From Candidatus Woesearchaeota archaeon (GTDB taxonomy: Archaea; Nanobdellota; Nanobdellia; Woesearchaeales; WAPY01), in the NCBI GenBank assembly GCA_038825775.1, contig JAWBOW010000003.1, positions 1 through 51,038 on the forward strand: a stretch of 51,038 nt of DNA. The letters run 5' to 3'. Below, piece after piece: positions 30,191 to 39,609 of this stretch (within the stretch, counting starts at the first letter, position 1; each line of letters begins with the position of its first letter). The position numbers and the translations under genes were made by a program. The notes under the pieces are model-generated. The model saw only the letters and a program-made list of their open reading frames with translations, had not been told where the DNA came from and searched no databases.

Positions 30191-30979
30191 TTATTTTAAG
30201 CATTCAATAAACTCTTCAAATTTTTTGTTTATCTCTTCTATTGCTTGTTCCACAATCTTTTTAGTTGGCAATTGTCCCCAAGATTCTAAATGGAATATAA
30301 ACTCGTCCTCTTTTGGTTCTACTTTTATTGCATTATTCTCGCATTCTTCCTCACATGCTTTGCATAATGTGCATTCTAGTATTTTATCTTCGTCAACAAC
30401 TAATTTTCCATTTTGTATTTTAAAAATCCCTTTTGGACATTTTTCAACACAAACTTTTGGATTTTTTATTTTATCATTGTTGATTTTTATTTCCGCAACA
30501 TTAACATAATAAGCGTGGCCAGGCGCCCATTTCATATGTTCTTTTCCCTTTCCGAGTTGTGCTGTTGCTTCAAGCTCTAATTCTTGTCCTTCCAAAAGTT
30601 TTACAATAATCATTTCTGGATAAACTGGTTTTATTTTTGGGTCTGTTGTTTTTAAATCAGAAGCATAAACTGTTTTTGGACCTTTTACTTTCAACGTTAG
30701 TTTTACTTGACACTTTGCACAACCAGCTCCTTTACAACTACACTCTGTTGGCAAGTTATAAGTTTTTAAATCAGTATATAAGGGTATTAGTCCTAATCTG
30801 TGAGCAATAATTTCATCATAAAGTGCTGAGTCGTTAGTAAAAAATTCAACCTCTTCAATTGCCATTGTTGGCACTTCTTCAATTATTGTTCTTCTCAAAG
30901 TATTAACATAAGCTGTTGGGAATTTTTCTATTAAAAATGAAATTTTTTGATCTTTATTTTCAATAATTTCTACTTTCAT
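30191..30979 (-). CDS. rpoD: RNA polymerase subunit D (Rpo3) with Fe-S domain
   Basis: NTLRR....EVP.MAI, DEIIAHRLGLIPL, G.GKEH.KW, CP...CTLCKAC...C. Confidence 0.96.
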   Translation of the reverse strand: MKVEIIENKDQKISFLIEKFPTAYVNTLRRTIIEEVPTMAIEEVEFFTNDSALYDEIIAHRLGLIPLYTDLKTYNLPTECSCKGAGCAKCQVKLTLKVKGPKTVYASDLKTTDPKIKPVYPEMIIVKLLEGQELELEATAQLGKGKEHMKWAPGHAYYVNVAEIKINNDKIKNPKVCVEKCPKGIFKIQNGKLVVDEDKILECTLCKACEEECENNAIKVEPKEDEFIFHLESWGQLPTKKIVEQAIEEINKKFEEFIECLK

Positions 30980-30981
30980 TT

Positions 30982-31392
30982 TTAAACTCTCCTTCCTCTT
31001 TTTCCTCCTCTTTTTCTACAACCGCCGTGAGGAATAGGAGTTGTGTCCTCAATAATTCCTATTTTAAAACCCATTCTTGAAAGAGTTCTTATTGCAGCTT
31101 GGGCTCCTGGGCCAGGACTTGTTGGCCCATTATGGCCTCCTGGGGCTCTAATTCTTATGTGTAATGCATTTACTCCCTTATCCATAGCTGCTCTTGCAGC
31201 TATCTTTGCAGCCATCATAGCTGCTGTTGGACTACTCTCTAGTCTTTGTTGTTTAACAACCATTCCACCAGACGCTCTTGCTATTGTTTCTGCACCTGAA
31301 AGGTCTGTTATGTGAATGATGGTATTATTGTATGATGAATATATGTGAGCAATTCCCCACCTTATTTTTTGATTTTGTTTTTCCTCACTCAT
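30982..31392 (-). CDS. rps11: Ribosomal protein uS11
   Basis: [38 protein letters not shown]. Confidence 0.97.
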   Translation of the reverse strand: MSEEKQNQKIRWGIAHIYSSYNNTIIHITDLSGAETIARASGGMVVKQQRLESSPTAAMMAAKIAARAAMDKGVNALHIRIRAPGGHNGPTSPGPGAQAAIRTLSRMGFKIGIIEDTTPIPHGGCRKRGGKRGRRV

Positions 31393-32026
31393 TTTTTACC
31401 TTTCCTTTCTGTTCTCTTGTTTTCTTCTTTTTTTCTATAATAACTTTCTTTTTCTTTTCTTTAGGTTTTTGAATTTCTTCTTCTAAGTTTTCTTTATTTT
31501 TTGAAGCTTTTTGGATTATTTTTGAAAATTCAGGGTGTTCTGGAGATGCTAATTTTGATTTTGGATTTATTCTTATAAGTTCTTCTTCTCCTCTCTTCAC
31601 AATATAGGATGGTGATTTAATCTTTTTATCCCCAACCATTATCAAACCATGAGTTATAAATTGTCTTGCTTGTTTACAACTTAAAGCCAAACCCTTTTTG
31701 AATACGATTGTTTGTAATCTTCTATCTAATAAACTCTTCAATTCTAAACTAAGCACGTCATCAATCTTTGCATCAGCATCAACCAATCCTAGAGTGTAAA
31801 GTTTGTTTATTAATTGTTTTCTAAGTTCAAAATTTGCTGGTGTTTCTTTAACAAGAGATTTTGCCCTTTCTTTAAAATCTCTGAGTATTGAAGAAAATTT
31901 CCAAAGTTCTCTCTTGTTTTTTAAAGCATATTCTTTAACTAAAACTCTTTCCTCTTCAATCCTCTCCTTATCCCATTTCTTCAATGGTTTTGAAAATTTT
32001 TTTCTCTGTCTTTTAGGATCTCCCAT
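31385..32026 (-). CDS. rps4: Ribosomal protein uS4
   Basis: [28 protein letters not shown]; Lys-rich tail. Confidence 0.96.
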   Translation of the reverse strand: MGDPKRQRKKFSKPLKKWDKERIEEERVLVKEYALKNKRELWKFSSILRDFKERAKSLVKETPANFELRKQLINKLYTLGLVDADAKIDDVLSLELKSLLDRRLQTIVFKKGLALSCKQARQFITHGLIMVGDKKIKSPSYIVKRGEEELIRINPKSKLASPEHPEFSKIIQKASKNKENLEEEIQKPKEKKKKVIIEKKKKTREQKGKVKNE

Positions 32027-32032
32027 TTAACC

Positions 32033-32608
32033 TCACTTTTTTTCTTGTTCCTTAGCACTCTTCGCAGCCTTAGCAGCTCTCTTCAAAACCCCAACAACTT
32101 TTCCTTTATTCTTCCTAAAGTTGGATCTTGTGCGTTGTCCTCTAACAGGCAATCCATAAATGTGTCTTATTCCCTTATAACACTTTATTATCTTTAACTT
32201 ATCAATATCTTCTTTTCTTGTCAGCTCAACATTTAATCCTAAAACATGAAAGTCCTTTCCAGTATAAGGATCTCTCCTCCTATTATAAAGCCAAGATGGA
32301 ATTCCAAAATTTTGTGGATTAGCAAGCACTTGCTGTAACAAATCTGTTTGTGACTCATTTAATGTTCCAATTTTTACTGTTGGATCAATATTTGCTGCTC
32401 TGCAAACAGCATTAGCCATTGAAAAACCAACTCCTTTTATGTTTTGCAATGCAATTATTGCTGCTTTTTCTCCTGGCAAATCAGTGTTCATTATTCTTAC
32501 TATGTGCCTAAAATCCTTATTCTCGACTTTGTTTTCTGTTTTTTGAGTTCTCTCAGTTTTTAATTCTTTTTTCTCTTCCTTAATATTCTTTTCTTTTGAT
32601 TCCCTCAT
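32033..32608 (-). CDS. rps13: Ribosomal protein uS13
   Basis: FRHIVRI, IKGVG, P.WL.NRR.D..TG, YKGIRH..GLPVRGQRTRS; charged N-terminal extension. Confidence 0.96.
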   Translation of the reverse strand: MRESKEKNIKEEKKELKTERTQKTENKVENKDFRHIVRIMNTDLPGEKAAIIALQNIKGVGFSMANAVCRAANIDPTVKIGTLNESQTDLLQQVLANPQNFGIPSWLYNRRRDPYTGKDFHVLGLNVELTRKEDIDKLKIIKCYKGIRHIYGLPVRGQRTRSNFRKNKGKVVGVLKRAAKAAKSAKEQEKK

Positions 32609-32638
32609 TTTGCTAATAAAAAATTTTTAATTTTTTAA

Positions 32639-32712
32639 AGTTCACTCAGAGAATAAGCAACCTTAAGCAAAAAACCCTAAGGTCGCCCACCCTCTTGATT
32701 TGAGAGTGAACT
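32639..32712 (-). promoter_or_regulatory. Long hairpin in the 5' leader of the rps13 operon (candidate cis-regulatory RNA)
   Basis: Minus strand: AGTTCACTC/GAGTGAACT closing stem, 8-nt bulge, then AGAGGGTGGGCGACCTTA/TAAGGTTGCTTATTCTCT with G-U pairs. Confidence 0.55.
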
Positions 32713-32842
32713 CGGGCTTGTTTAAACATAAAAAGTTTATATAAAATTTATTTTCTATTGACTTTAATTAAAGCTTTAAGAGGTTATATTTAAAGCTTTC
32801 TTTTTGTATTATGTTATTTTAAAAATTTTTAATCGTTAAATA

Positions 32843-33352
32843 TTAAACAATAATCTTAACTGATTCTCTAACTTTTGAAATGATGAATGGTAGAATAAAC
32901 AAGAATCCGTATAGAAGGGCTATTGAAAAAGAATTCTCTATTGTTTTTATTTGAAATGTTGTAATTATGTAGTTTGTCAAGTTTGTCATGAAGAACATGT
33001 TTAAAAATGCAAGTGTTGGAATAAAAATATTTGTTATTATGTAAGTTCTTTTAGAAAAGGATTCTATTTCTTTTAAGAGCGAATTGAATAAAGCTCCAAA
33101 AGAAACTGACAATACAAAAATCAATATTATAACGATTGGTCTTGCTTTTATTTGTAGTATTATTAGTAGTGGAACTAAGATTATTGCAACAAACGTGTTT
33201 CCGATAATCGCAGCAAAGAGTGCTATCCAATAAATTATTCTGTAAAATACTGGCACACTTGTTTTTGGAGCGGAATTTAATATTTCTAACGCTCTTTTTA
33301 TCTCAGCATCACTCCACCCCTTTGCCCTTAATTTTTCTACTGTGCTTATCAT
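32843..33352 (-). CDS. Hypothetical multi-pass membrane protein
   Basis: About four hydrophobic helices after LRAKGWSDAEI. Confidence 0.75.
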   Translation of the reverse strand: MISTVEKLRAKGWSDAEIKRALEILNSAPKTSVPVFYRIIYWIALFAAIIGNTFVAIILVPLLIILQIKARPIVIILIFVLSVSFGALFNSLLKEIESFSKRTYIITNIFIPTLAFLNMFFMTNLTNYIITTFQIKTIENSFSIALLYGFLFILPFIISKVRESVKIIV

Positions 33353-33385
33353 AATTTTATTTTAACTCTTTTTTTGTTTTTTTAT

Positions 33386-34165
33386 TTATTTTTTAAAACC
33401 TAGTTGTTTTAACACGTAATAAAATAAGCTTTCCTTTTCTTTCTCTTCTATGTTTTTTGTATATTTTTCTCCAATAAGTTTTGAAGCAACATACTTAAAG
33501 CTTTGAGTTATGCTTGACTCTGGGTGGGAGTAAACAACAGGGTTTTTTAGTTTTAATGACTCTTGTAAAGTTTTATCCTCTCTTACGAATTCGATTATTG
33601 GTTTTTCAAGAAAGTTTTTTATTTCTTCTTTGCTCAGCTCAAACTCAGAATTCCTAAATTTATTAACTATAACTCCAAGCACAAAGACCTTTTTGTCTTC
33701 TAAGATTTTTATTGCCTTAAGGGTTTTTACAACAGAGAGCTCGTCAGGTGTTGTTACTAATATTGCTTCGTCACAATTTTCAGCTATCTTTTGAGTGTTC
33801 TTGTCAAAAATAACAGGAGCATCAATTATGATTAGTTCTGTTTTTCCAATCAACCAATTTATTATTTTCTTTATGTTTTCAACATCAATATCTTCGTTAA
33901 AAGAAATTTTTGAAGGCATAACTAACAATCCTGAAGAATGCATATAGATTGCTTCATGGATTTTATCACCCTTTTTTATGGCGTCCTGAATTGCATAATC
34001 CACCTTAAAAGCTCCTAAATGCAAACTTGAATCTGCAGAATAAACATTTAGGTCTAAAAGCACAACATGCCTTCCAAAGTCTCTTAGAGCGGATGCTAAA
34101 TTTATTGCTACTGTTGTTTTTCCAACTCCACCACTTCCTGATGTTATTAATAATACTTTAGTCAT
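33386..34165 (-). CDS. MinD/ParA-family ATPase
   Basis: SGSGGVGKTT.A.NL, IIIDAP, VTTPD, GVIVN; amphipathic C-terminus YYVLKQLGFKK. Confidence 0.88.
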   Translation of the reverse strand: MTKVLLITSGSGGVGKTTVAINLASALRDFGRHVVLLDLNVYSADSSLHLGAFKVDYAIQDAIKKGDKIHEAIYMHSSGLLVMPSKISFNEDIDVENIKKIINWLIGKTELIIIDAPVIFDKNTQKIAENCDEAILVTTPDELSVVKTLKAIKILEDKKVFVLGVIVNKFRNSEFELSKEEIKNFLEKPIIEFVREDKTLQESLKLKNPVVYSHPESSITQSFKYVASKLIGEKYTKNIEEKEKESLFYYVLKQLGFKK

Positions 34166-34197
34166 TTTAAAATACCATTTAAGTGATTATTATTAAA

Positions 34198-34689
34198 TTA
34201 ATAAAAATCGTTTATTTCGTTGAAATAACTTTTGTCCAATTTAAAGTAGTTTTCAAGCACATAATCAAAAAAGCTTTGTGCTCTTCTGTAATACTCTGTT
34301 ATTTTTTCTATGTCTATCTTTAACTCTTTTGAATCAAGTTTAACAATTATTGCAACATGTCTTCTATATTCGCTAAAGGCTGTTTTTTTTGATCTTACAA
34401 TGGCTCTTAGCAAAAAATAAAATTCTATTTCCTCACCAATTTTAGGATCATTAGAGAATAGTTCTTTAACAAGATTTCCCTTAAGACCAGGACTTTTTGG
34501 TATTTCTATGCTTTTATCTTTTTTACTCTTTATTTCTATGAGGGCGTCTATTAAGTTATCATAAAAAGAAACTAATCTTGTAATTATTGAGGACATCACC
34601 TCTATTGTTCTTGTGTATTTTAAACTTACAAAAAGTGAGTGTTCTGCTCTTTTAAGTTCTTGATAAGCTTCTTTTAAATACTCGCTCAT
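34198..34689 (-). CDS. Hypothetical helical protein
   Basis: 163-aa ORF overlapping the upstream gene; A..ELKRAEH.L.VS. Confidence 0.75.
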   Translation of the reverse strand: MSEYLKEAYQELKRAEHSLFVSLKYTRTIEVMSSIITRLVSFYDNLIDALIEIKSKKDKSIEIPKSPGLKGNLVKELFSNDPKIGEEIEFYFLLRAIVRSKKTAFSEYRRHVAIIVKLDSKELKIDIEKITEYYRRAQSFFDYVLENYFKLDKSYFNEINDFY

Positions 34690-35155
34690 TCTTAGAAATA
34701 ATGTTATTTATTTCTTGTATAAAAACTTTTGTTTTAATAATGTATTTTTTGGCGTCTTCTATTGAAATTGCTGTTATTTTATAATCATCAGAACAAATGA
34801 CAAATTTTTCATTTTTATAAAATTCTACAGGGCTATTTTTGTGTTTTAAAACTATTTCTTTGACTTCTGTTAAAATTTTTAATATTTCCTTATCAAAAGA
34901 GTATCTTTTCATGCAGTGTTCTTTAAAGATGTTTATTTTTGAATCAAAATTTTCGTCATAATTTGGGATTCTTTTAAATGTGAATTCATAAGCTAAAAGG
35001 GCTGATAGTGCGTTACTTAATGCTAAATAAATATTCTCCAGAACAACTGGCATTATTTTATAATCTTTTAATAAGGGGTAAGTAACATAGATTAAGTGGT
35101 CTGCTATTTTTAAGTGTTTGTTTGCTTTTAAAATAAACTCTTGAAAATCACTCAT
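34652..35155 (-). CDS. Hypothetical helical protein (possible distant paralogue of neighbour)
   Basis: 167-aa ORF; A..HLKIADHL.YVT. Confidence 0.75.
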   Translation of the reverse strand: MSDFQEFILKANKHLKIADHLIYVTYPLLKDYKIMPVVLENIYLALSNALSALLAYEFTFKRIPNYDENFDSKINIFKEHCMKRYSFDKEILKILTEVKEIVLKHKNSPVEFYKNEKFVICSDDYKITAISIEDAKKYIIKTKVFIQEINNIISKNERVFKRSLSRT

Positions 35156-35256
35156 GTGTTTTATTTAAAACATTTATAAATATAAATTTTTGTAAATTTT
35201 AAAAAAGATTCTTTTTATGCATAAAATTTTTAAAGTAAGTTTAAAAACCTATAAAG

Positions 35257-35560
35257 TGTAGAGGGGTGTTTGACTCTCTATTGTGAGGAAAGTCCGTCCA
35301 CAAAAAAAAGCCACTCGTAAAGAGTTCGTTAAAGAGAAGGCAACTGCACAGAAACAAAACACCCTTTTGGGAGGATGAAGTTGGAGAAGTTTTTCGCGAG
35401 AAAAACGAGATAACCCGCAGACGTTCCAAAAGGAACTGGTGAAAAGGCAGCCCTGGCTTTGTGCAAATCCTTTTTTAGGATGCTTAGTAGAATGTCAAAA
35501 CAGCTCTTCCAGGATTAAGTTCTTGGGAGCTGACAGAAGACGGCTTACAACCCCTCTACA
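35257..35560 (+). ncRNA. rnpB: RNase P RNA (reduced)
   Basis: P1 TGTAGAGGGG/CCCCTCTACA; CR-I GAGGAAAGTCC, CR-II ACAGAAAC, CR-III TGAAA, CR-IV AGAATG, CR-V ACAGAAGACGGCTTA. Confidence 0.93.
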
Positions 35561-35593
35561 ATTACATAAAAAATTTTTGAGAATGGTGAAAAA

Positions 35594-35764
35594 ATGGCTT
35601 CGGACAAATTAAGATTGCCAAGCGGTGGTGGAGGATTAGTAAGATATTTTGACGAATACAAGAGTAAGTTTGAAATAAAACCAATTCATGTAATACTATT
35701 CATAATTCTAATAGTGCTTTTGGAAATAATATTACATTTAGTTGCTTCTCCTCTCTTGAAGTAG
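35594..35764 (+). CDS. secG: Preprotein translocase Sec61-beta (SecG)
   Basis: Below ORF cutoff; MASDKLRLPSGGGGLVRYFDEYKSKFEIKPIHVILFIILIVLLEIILHL; GGTGA RBS. Confidence 0.9.
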   Translation: MASDKLRLPSGGGGLVRYFDEYKSKFEIKPIHVILFIILIVLLEIILHLVASPLLK

Positions 35765-35773
35765 GTGTTGTGA

Positions 35774-36103
35774 ATGAAGATAAATCAAAGGGATTTAATG
35801 AATGCCATGAAGAGATTTGGAATAACACAACAAGAGATTGAAGCTGAGGAAGTTGTGATTAAGTGTTCTGAAAAAGAAATAATAATAAAAAACCCTTCTG
35901 TTGTTAAGGTTAATTTAATGGGCGAGGACACATTCCAAATAACAGGAACAATTGAGGAAAGAAAAATAGTTTATGAGCCAAATGATGATGATATAAGGAT
36001 AGTTGTTGAAAAAACAGGAGTTTCAAGAGAAGAAGCCATAAAAGCGTTGAGAGAAAATAATGGTGATCTTGCTTCTACAATATTAAAACTAAAAAACAAA
36101 TAA
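35774..36103 (+). CDS. nac: Nascent polypeptide-associated complex protein
   Basis: MKRFGI...EI.AEEV.I, FQITG, UBA-like GVSREEA.KAL....GDLA. Confidence 0.93.
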   Translation: MKINQRDLMNAMKRFGITQQEIEAEEVVIKCSEKEIIIKNPSVVKVNLMGEDTFQITGTIEERKIVYEPNDDDIRIVVEKTGVSREEAIKALRENNGDLASTILKLKNK

Positions 36104-36152
36104 AAAAATCATATAAAGATTTATAAAAAGGAAAACACTTATTTTCTTTATT

Positions 36153-36851
36153 ATGGAACTATTATCTTCAAACTCAAAGGTTATTGATAAGTTGTTGGAA
36201 GGTGGTTTTGAAAAGGATATTGTGACCACAATATACGGGCCTGCTGCTTCTGGCAAAACAACTATTTGTTTATTGGCCGCAATATCAGCATCAAGGTTTG
36301 GAAAGGTTATTTTTATTGATACCGAAGGCGGTTTTTCTGTTGAGAGGTTAAAACAACTTACAAGAAACTATGAAAAAGTTCTTCAAAGAATATTTTTGTT
36401 AAAGCCAACAACCTTTGAAGAACAAACTAAGGCATTTGAAATGCTTAACAAACTAATTCAAGAAGACACTAAGAACATGTTCCAACTTGTAATTGTTGAT
36501 ACAATATCCATGCTTTATAGAGTAAAAAAAGAAGATGAGGATATTAAGGAGTTGAATAGAAAATTAAGCTACCAACTGAATCTTTTAAACCAAATTGCTA
36601 GGAAAAAAAATATTCCTGTAATAATAACAACACAAGTTTATTCTGATTTTGAAGACAAAAATTCTGTTAAGCTTGTTGGCGGTGATATAATAAGATACTC
36701 TAGCAAGTGTATTATAGAATTAGAAAATATGGATGGTGGGAAAAAAAGGGCAATACTTATAAAGCATAGAAGCTTGCCAATGAAAGATGTTGTTTTTGAG
36801 ATATCGTCTGAAGGCATTGTTGAGCCTAAAAGGGGTTTTAACATTTTTTAA
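36153..36851 (+). CDS. radB: DNA repair protein RadB
   Basis: RecA core without N-domain, GPAASGKT, IDTEGGFS.ERL, RadB-typical KHRS. Confidence 0.92.
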   Translation: MELLSSNSKVIDKLLEGGFEKDIVTTIYGPAASGKTTICLLAAISASRFGKVIFIDTEGGFSVERLKQLTRNYEKVLQRIFLLKPTTFEEQTKAFEMLNKLIQEDTKNMFQLVIVDTISMLYRVKKEDEDIKELNRKLSYQLNLLNQIARKKNIPVIITTQVYSDFEDKNSVKLVGGDIIRYSSKCIIELENMDGGKKRAILIKHRSLPMKDVVFEISSEGIVEPKRGFNIF

Positions 36852-36872
36852 ATAATTAAAGGAGGTGTTTTA

Positions 36873-37598
36873 ATGACTGAACTGCTTTACTTGCTTAATT
36901 GTTATTTGAAAGAGTTTGAGAGCAAAATAATTTCTGTAAGGGAAGAAAACAATAATCTTTTTGTTGTGCTTGAAAAAACAGCTTTTTATCCTAGATCTGG
37001 AGGACAGCCAGAGGATAAGGGATTTTTGATTAAGGAAAACAATAAATTTTTTGTTAAAGATGTGATAAAAAATGATAATGAAGTTATTCATGTGGTTGAA
37101 AAGAATAATGGTTGTGATTTAAAAGTTGGTGATTTAGTAATGGGAGAGATTGATTGGCAAAGGAGATACTATTTTATGAGGTGTCACACAGCAGCACACG
37201 TTTTATCTGCTATAATAAACAAAGAAACTGGTGCTTTAATAACAGGTAATAATATTGATGAAGAAAAGGTAAGGATTGATTTTAATCTTGAAAATTTTGA
37301 TAGGGAAAAATTTGTTGATTATGTTAAAAGGGCTAATGATTTTATAAGAGAAGGACATTCTGTTGAACTCTCAATTCTTAAAAGAGAAGAAGCTTTTAAA
37401 ATACCTGATTTGGTTAAATTACAAAAGATGCTGCCAGAAACAATAAGAGAAGTTAGAATTGTCAAGATTAATGATTTAGATATTCAAGCTTGTGGTGGAA
37501 CTCATGTAAAAAACACTTCTGAGATTGGCTCAATCGAATTATTAAGTGTGGAAAACAAGGGAAAAAATAATAGGAGAATATACTTTAAGATAAAGTGA
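36873..37598 (+). CDS. alaX: Free-standing alanyl-tRNA editing protein AlaX-M
   Basis: TAFYP.SGGQP.D.G, HTAAH, CGGTHV.NT.EIG. Confidence 0.92.
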   Translation: MTELLYLLNCYLKEFESKIISVREENNNLFVVLEKTAFYPRSGGQPEDKGFLIKENNKFFVKDVIKNDNEVIHVVEKNNGCDLKVGDLVMGEIDWQRRYYFMRCHTAAHVLSAIINKETGALITGNNIDEEKVRIDFNLENFDREKFVDYVKRANDFIREGHSVELSILKREEAFKIPDLVKLQKMLPETIREVRIVKINDLDIQACGGTHVKNTSEIGSIELLSVENKGKNNRRIYFKIK

Positions 37599-37599
37599 G

Positions 37600-38022
37600 G
37601 TGATAAAAATACTCGAAGCAAAAAAAGGTGCTTATTGTATAATTATGAAATTAAATTATGACAAAAAAATAAGGATTGGAAGTTTAGGAGTGATTGACTT
37701 TCCAGAAGGATTTTATGTTTATGTTGGTTCTGCTATGAAAAACTTAGAACAAAGAATTTTAAGACATTATTCTTCATTAAAGAAAAAAAGATGGCACATA
37801 GATTATTTTTTGGAGAATTGTGAGATAATTAAGTTTTTAGTTTTTCCTTCAAACAAAAAACAAGAGTGTGATATTGCTAAAATACTCATTAATAAAGGTG
37901 CCGTTGTGGCTGAAAAATTTGGTTCTACTGATTGCAAATGCAAAACCCATCTTATATATTTTGTAACGAAGAAAGAACTTTCTAGAGCAATTAGTTATTT
38001 AAAAAATAAGATTAAAGAATAA
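37600..38022 (+). CDS. GIY-YIG-like (DUF123) putative endonuclease
   Basis: KGAY, G.YVYVGSA, RI.RH, WHIDY, FGSTDC.C.THL. Confidence 0.82.
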   Translation: MIKILEAKKGAYCIIMKLNYDKKIRIGSLGVIDFPEGFYVYVGSAMKNLEQRILRHYSSLKKKRWHIDYFLENCEIIKFLVFPSNKKQECDIAKILINKGAVVAEKFGSTDCKCKTHLIYFVTKKELSRAISYLKNKIKE

Positions 38023-38027
38023 AATTT

Positions 38028-38624
38028 TTATTCTTCTGAAAAATCATCTAGTGTATACTTAAATTCTTCTTCTTTTCTTATAATTCCCCTATTTTTTAGA
38101 TACTCTCTTGCAAGAACCCAAAATATTAGTCCTAAACTTTTCTTTCCCTTATTATTGCAAGGAACAACAAAATCAACATTGTTTGACTGATTGTTTGTGT
38201 CACACAAAGCAATAACAGGGATTCCAACTCTTGCTGCATCATCAACAATGTTCTTGTCAGGCCAAGGGTCTACAACAAAAATAAGTTTTGCTTCTGTGTA
38301 AGTTTTTAAGTTAGGGTTTGTTAGTGTTCCAGGAGGGTATCTTCCAATAAATGTTCTTATTCCTGTTGCTTTTCCAAACAAATTCACTGCTTTCCAACCA
38401 TTCTCTCTTCTACAAGCAACGATTATGTCTTCTGGGTTGTATTGTGCTAAAAATTTTGCTGCAATCTTTAACCTTCTATCAATTTCTTCCAAATTCATTA
38501 TTGAAAGCCCGTCAGGTCTTATTTTATAAATAAAAGGTGACATGTATTTTGTTCTGAATTTTGTTCCTATGTGTATTCCTGACTTTAAATAAACGTCTTG
38601 TGGAACTAAAAGTTCTTCTCCCAT
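38028..38624 (-). CDS. rps2: Ribosomal protein uS2
   Basis: YLKSGIHIGT, GR..PGTLTNP, PVIALCDT, PCNNKG; start 38624 after GAGGTG. Confidence 0.96.
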   Translation of the reverse strand: MGEELLVPQDVYLKSGIHIGTKFRTKYMSPFIYKIRPDGLSIMNLEEIDRRLKIAAKFLAQYNPEDIIVACRRENGWKAVNLFGKATGIRTFIGRYPPGTLTNPNLKTYTEAKLIFVVDPWPDKNIVDDAARVGIPVIALCDTNNQSNNVDFVVPCNNKGKKSLGLIFWVLAREYLKNRGIIRKEEEFKYTLDDFSEE

Positions 38625-38653
38625 AATATAACACCTCTGCAAAAATTTTAAAC

Positions 38654-38774
38654 TAATACCAAAACTTTTTAGAAGCAACACCGCATTTTTTTAACCTCAG
38701 CGGCCTCATCCTTTTTAAGGACGGCTTCTCCGCACAATTTTTTTATTAAAAATTGCGCGAAAGCTTTGGTATTA
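38654..38774 (-). promoter_or_regulatory. Multi-stem structured 5' leader of rps2 (candidate ribosomal-protein leader)
   Basis: Closing stem TAATACCAAAGCTTT/AAAGTTTTGGTATTA enclosing further stems. Confidence 0.6.
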
Positions 38775-38850
38775 AGACCAAAGGCAAAATAGCTTATTTA
38801 TAAATTTAACTCTTTTATTGATTTTTGGGCTTCAACATGATTATAAAAAA

Positions 38851-39381
38851 TTAATCTTGAAGTTTAAAAACTCCTAAATCAGAATATATTGGGCCTTTAG
38901 GTGTTAAAACTGATTTTTTAAGTTTAAACTCCGTTACTTTAAAAGAAATATTTTTTATGTTAATGCTTTTAATGCTCTCCAAAAATTTTTTCTTATCATT
39001 AATTTGCTTGACCCTTGCTATTGTTATGTGGCTTTGAAATTCCTTTTCAGCAGGTATTTTTAATTCTAAAAGTTTTTGGTCAATAAGTTTTTGCAGTTCA
39101 AAAACTTCTCTTTCTTTTGTTCCAACCCACACAACCCTAATAAAATTTTCATTTGGAAAAAAACCTATTTTTTCAATAGTGATTTGAAAACTCTTAAATT
39201 TTATCTCAGAAAGTTTTTCTTTTATTCTTTCTATTTCAAAATCGTTTTTTTCTCCCAAAAACTTTAGCGTTATGTGAAAATCATTTGTTTTTTTAAAAAC
39301 GCCATAAGAAATTTTGTTTTGTATTCTTTTAAGTTCTTCTTGCACTTCTTGATTAGTTTCAATAGCAATGAATGTTCTCAT
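38851..39381 (-). CDS. thpR: RNA 2',3'-cyclic phosphodiesterase (2H family)
   Basis: MRTFIAI, HITLKFLG, RVVWVG, HITIAR, S.LTP.GPIY; start 39381. Confidence 0.92.
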   Translation of the reverse strand: MRTFIAIETNQEVQEELKRIQNKISYGVFKKTNDFHITLKFLGEKNDFEIERIKEKLSEIKFKSFQITIEKIGFFPNENFIRVVWVGTKEREVFELQKLIDQKLLELKIPAEKEFQSHITIARVKQINDKKKFLESIKSINIKNISFKVTEFKLKKSVLTPKGPIYSDLGVFKLQD

Positions 39382-39609
39382 AATAAAATAATCTTTTTCA
39401 AAGTTTAAATTCTTTTTGAAAAAATATTTTAATTTAATTAGTATCAAATAAAGTTTTTTGAAATTTAAAAAAACAAAAAGAATAAGAAAAAACAGATTTT
39501 TCAAGAATGCTTTCTAAATTCTGTTATACTCTTTTAATAATATTTCATAAACTAGCCTGATTTAAACTCTTAAGTTTTCAAATTGTCAAACTAAATGATT
39601 TTTTTATTT

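Noticed and set aside
32639-32720. tRNA-Ser or split-tRNA half at the position upstream of rps13
   Set aside because: No cloverleaf, acceptor stem or BHB motif could be built; folds as one long hairpin.
35241-35429. 62-aa ORF
   Set aside because: Antisense to the RNase P RNA.
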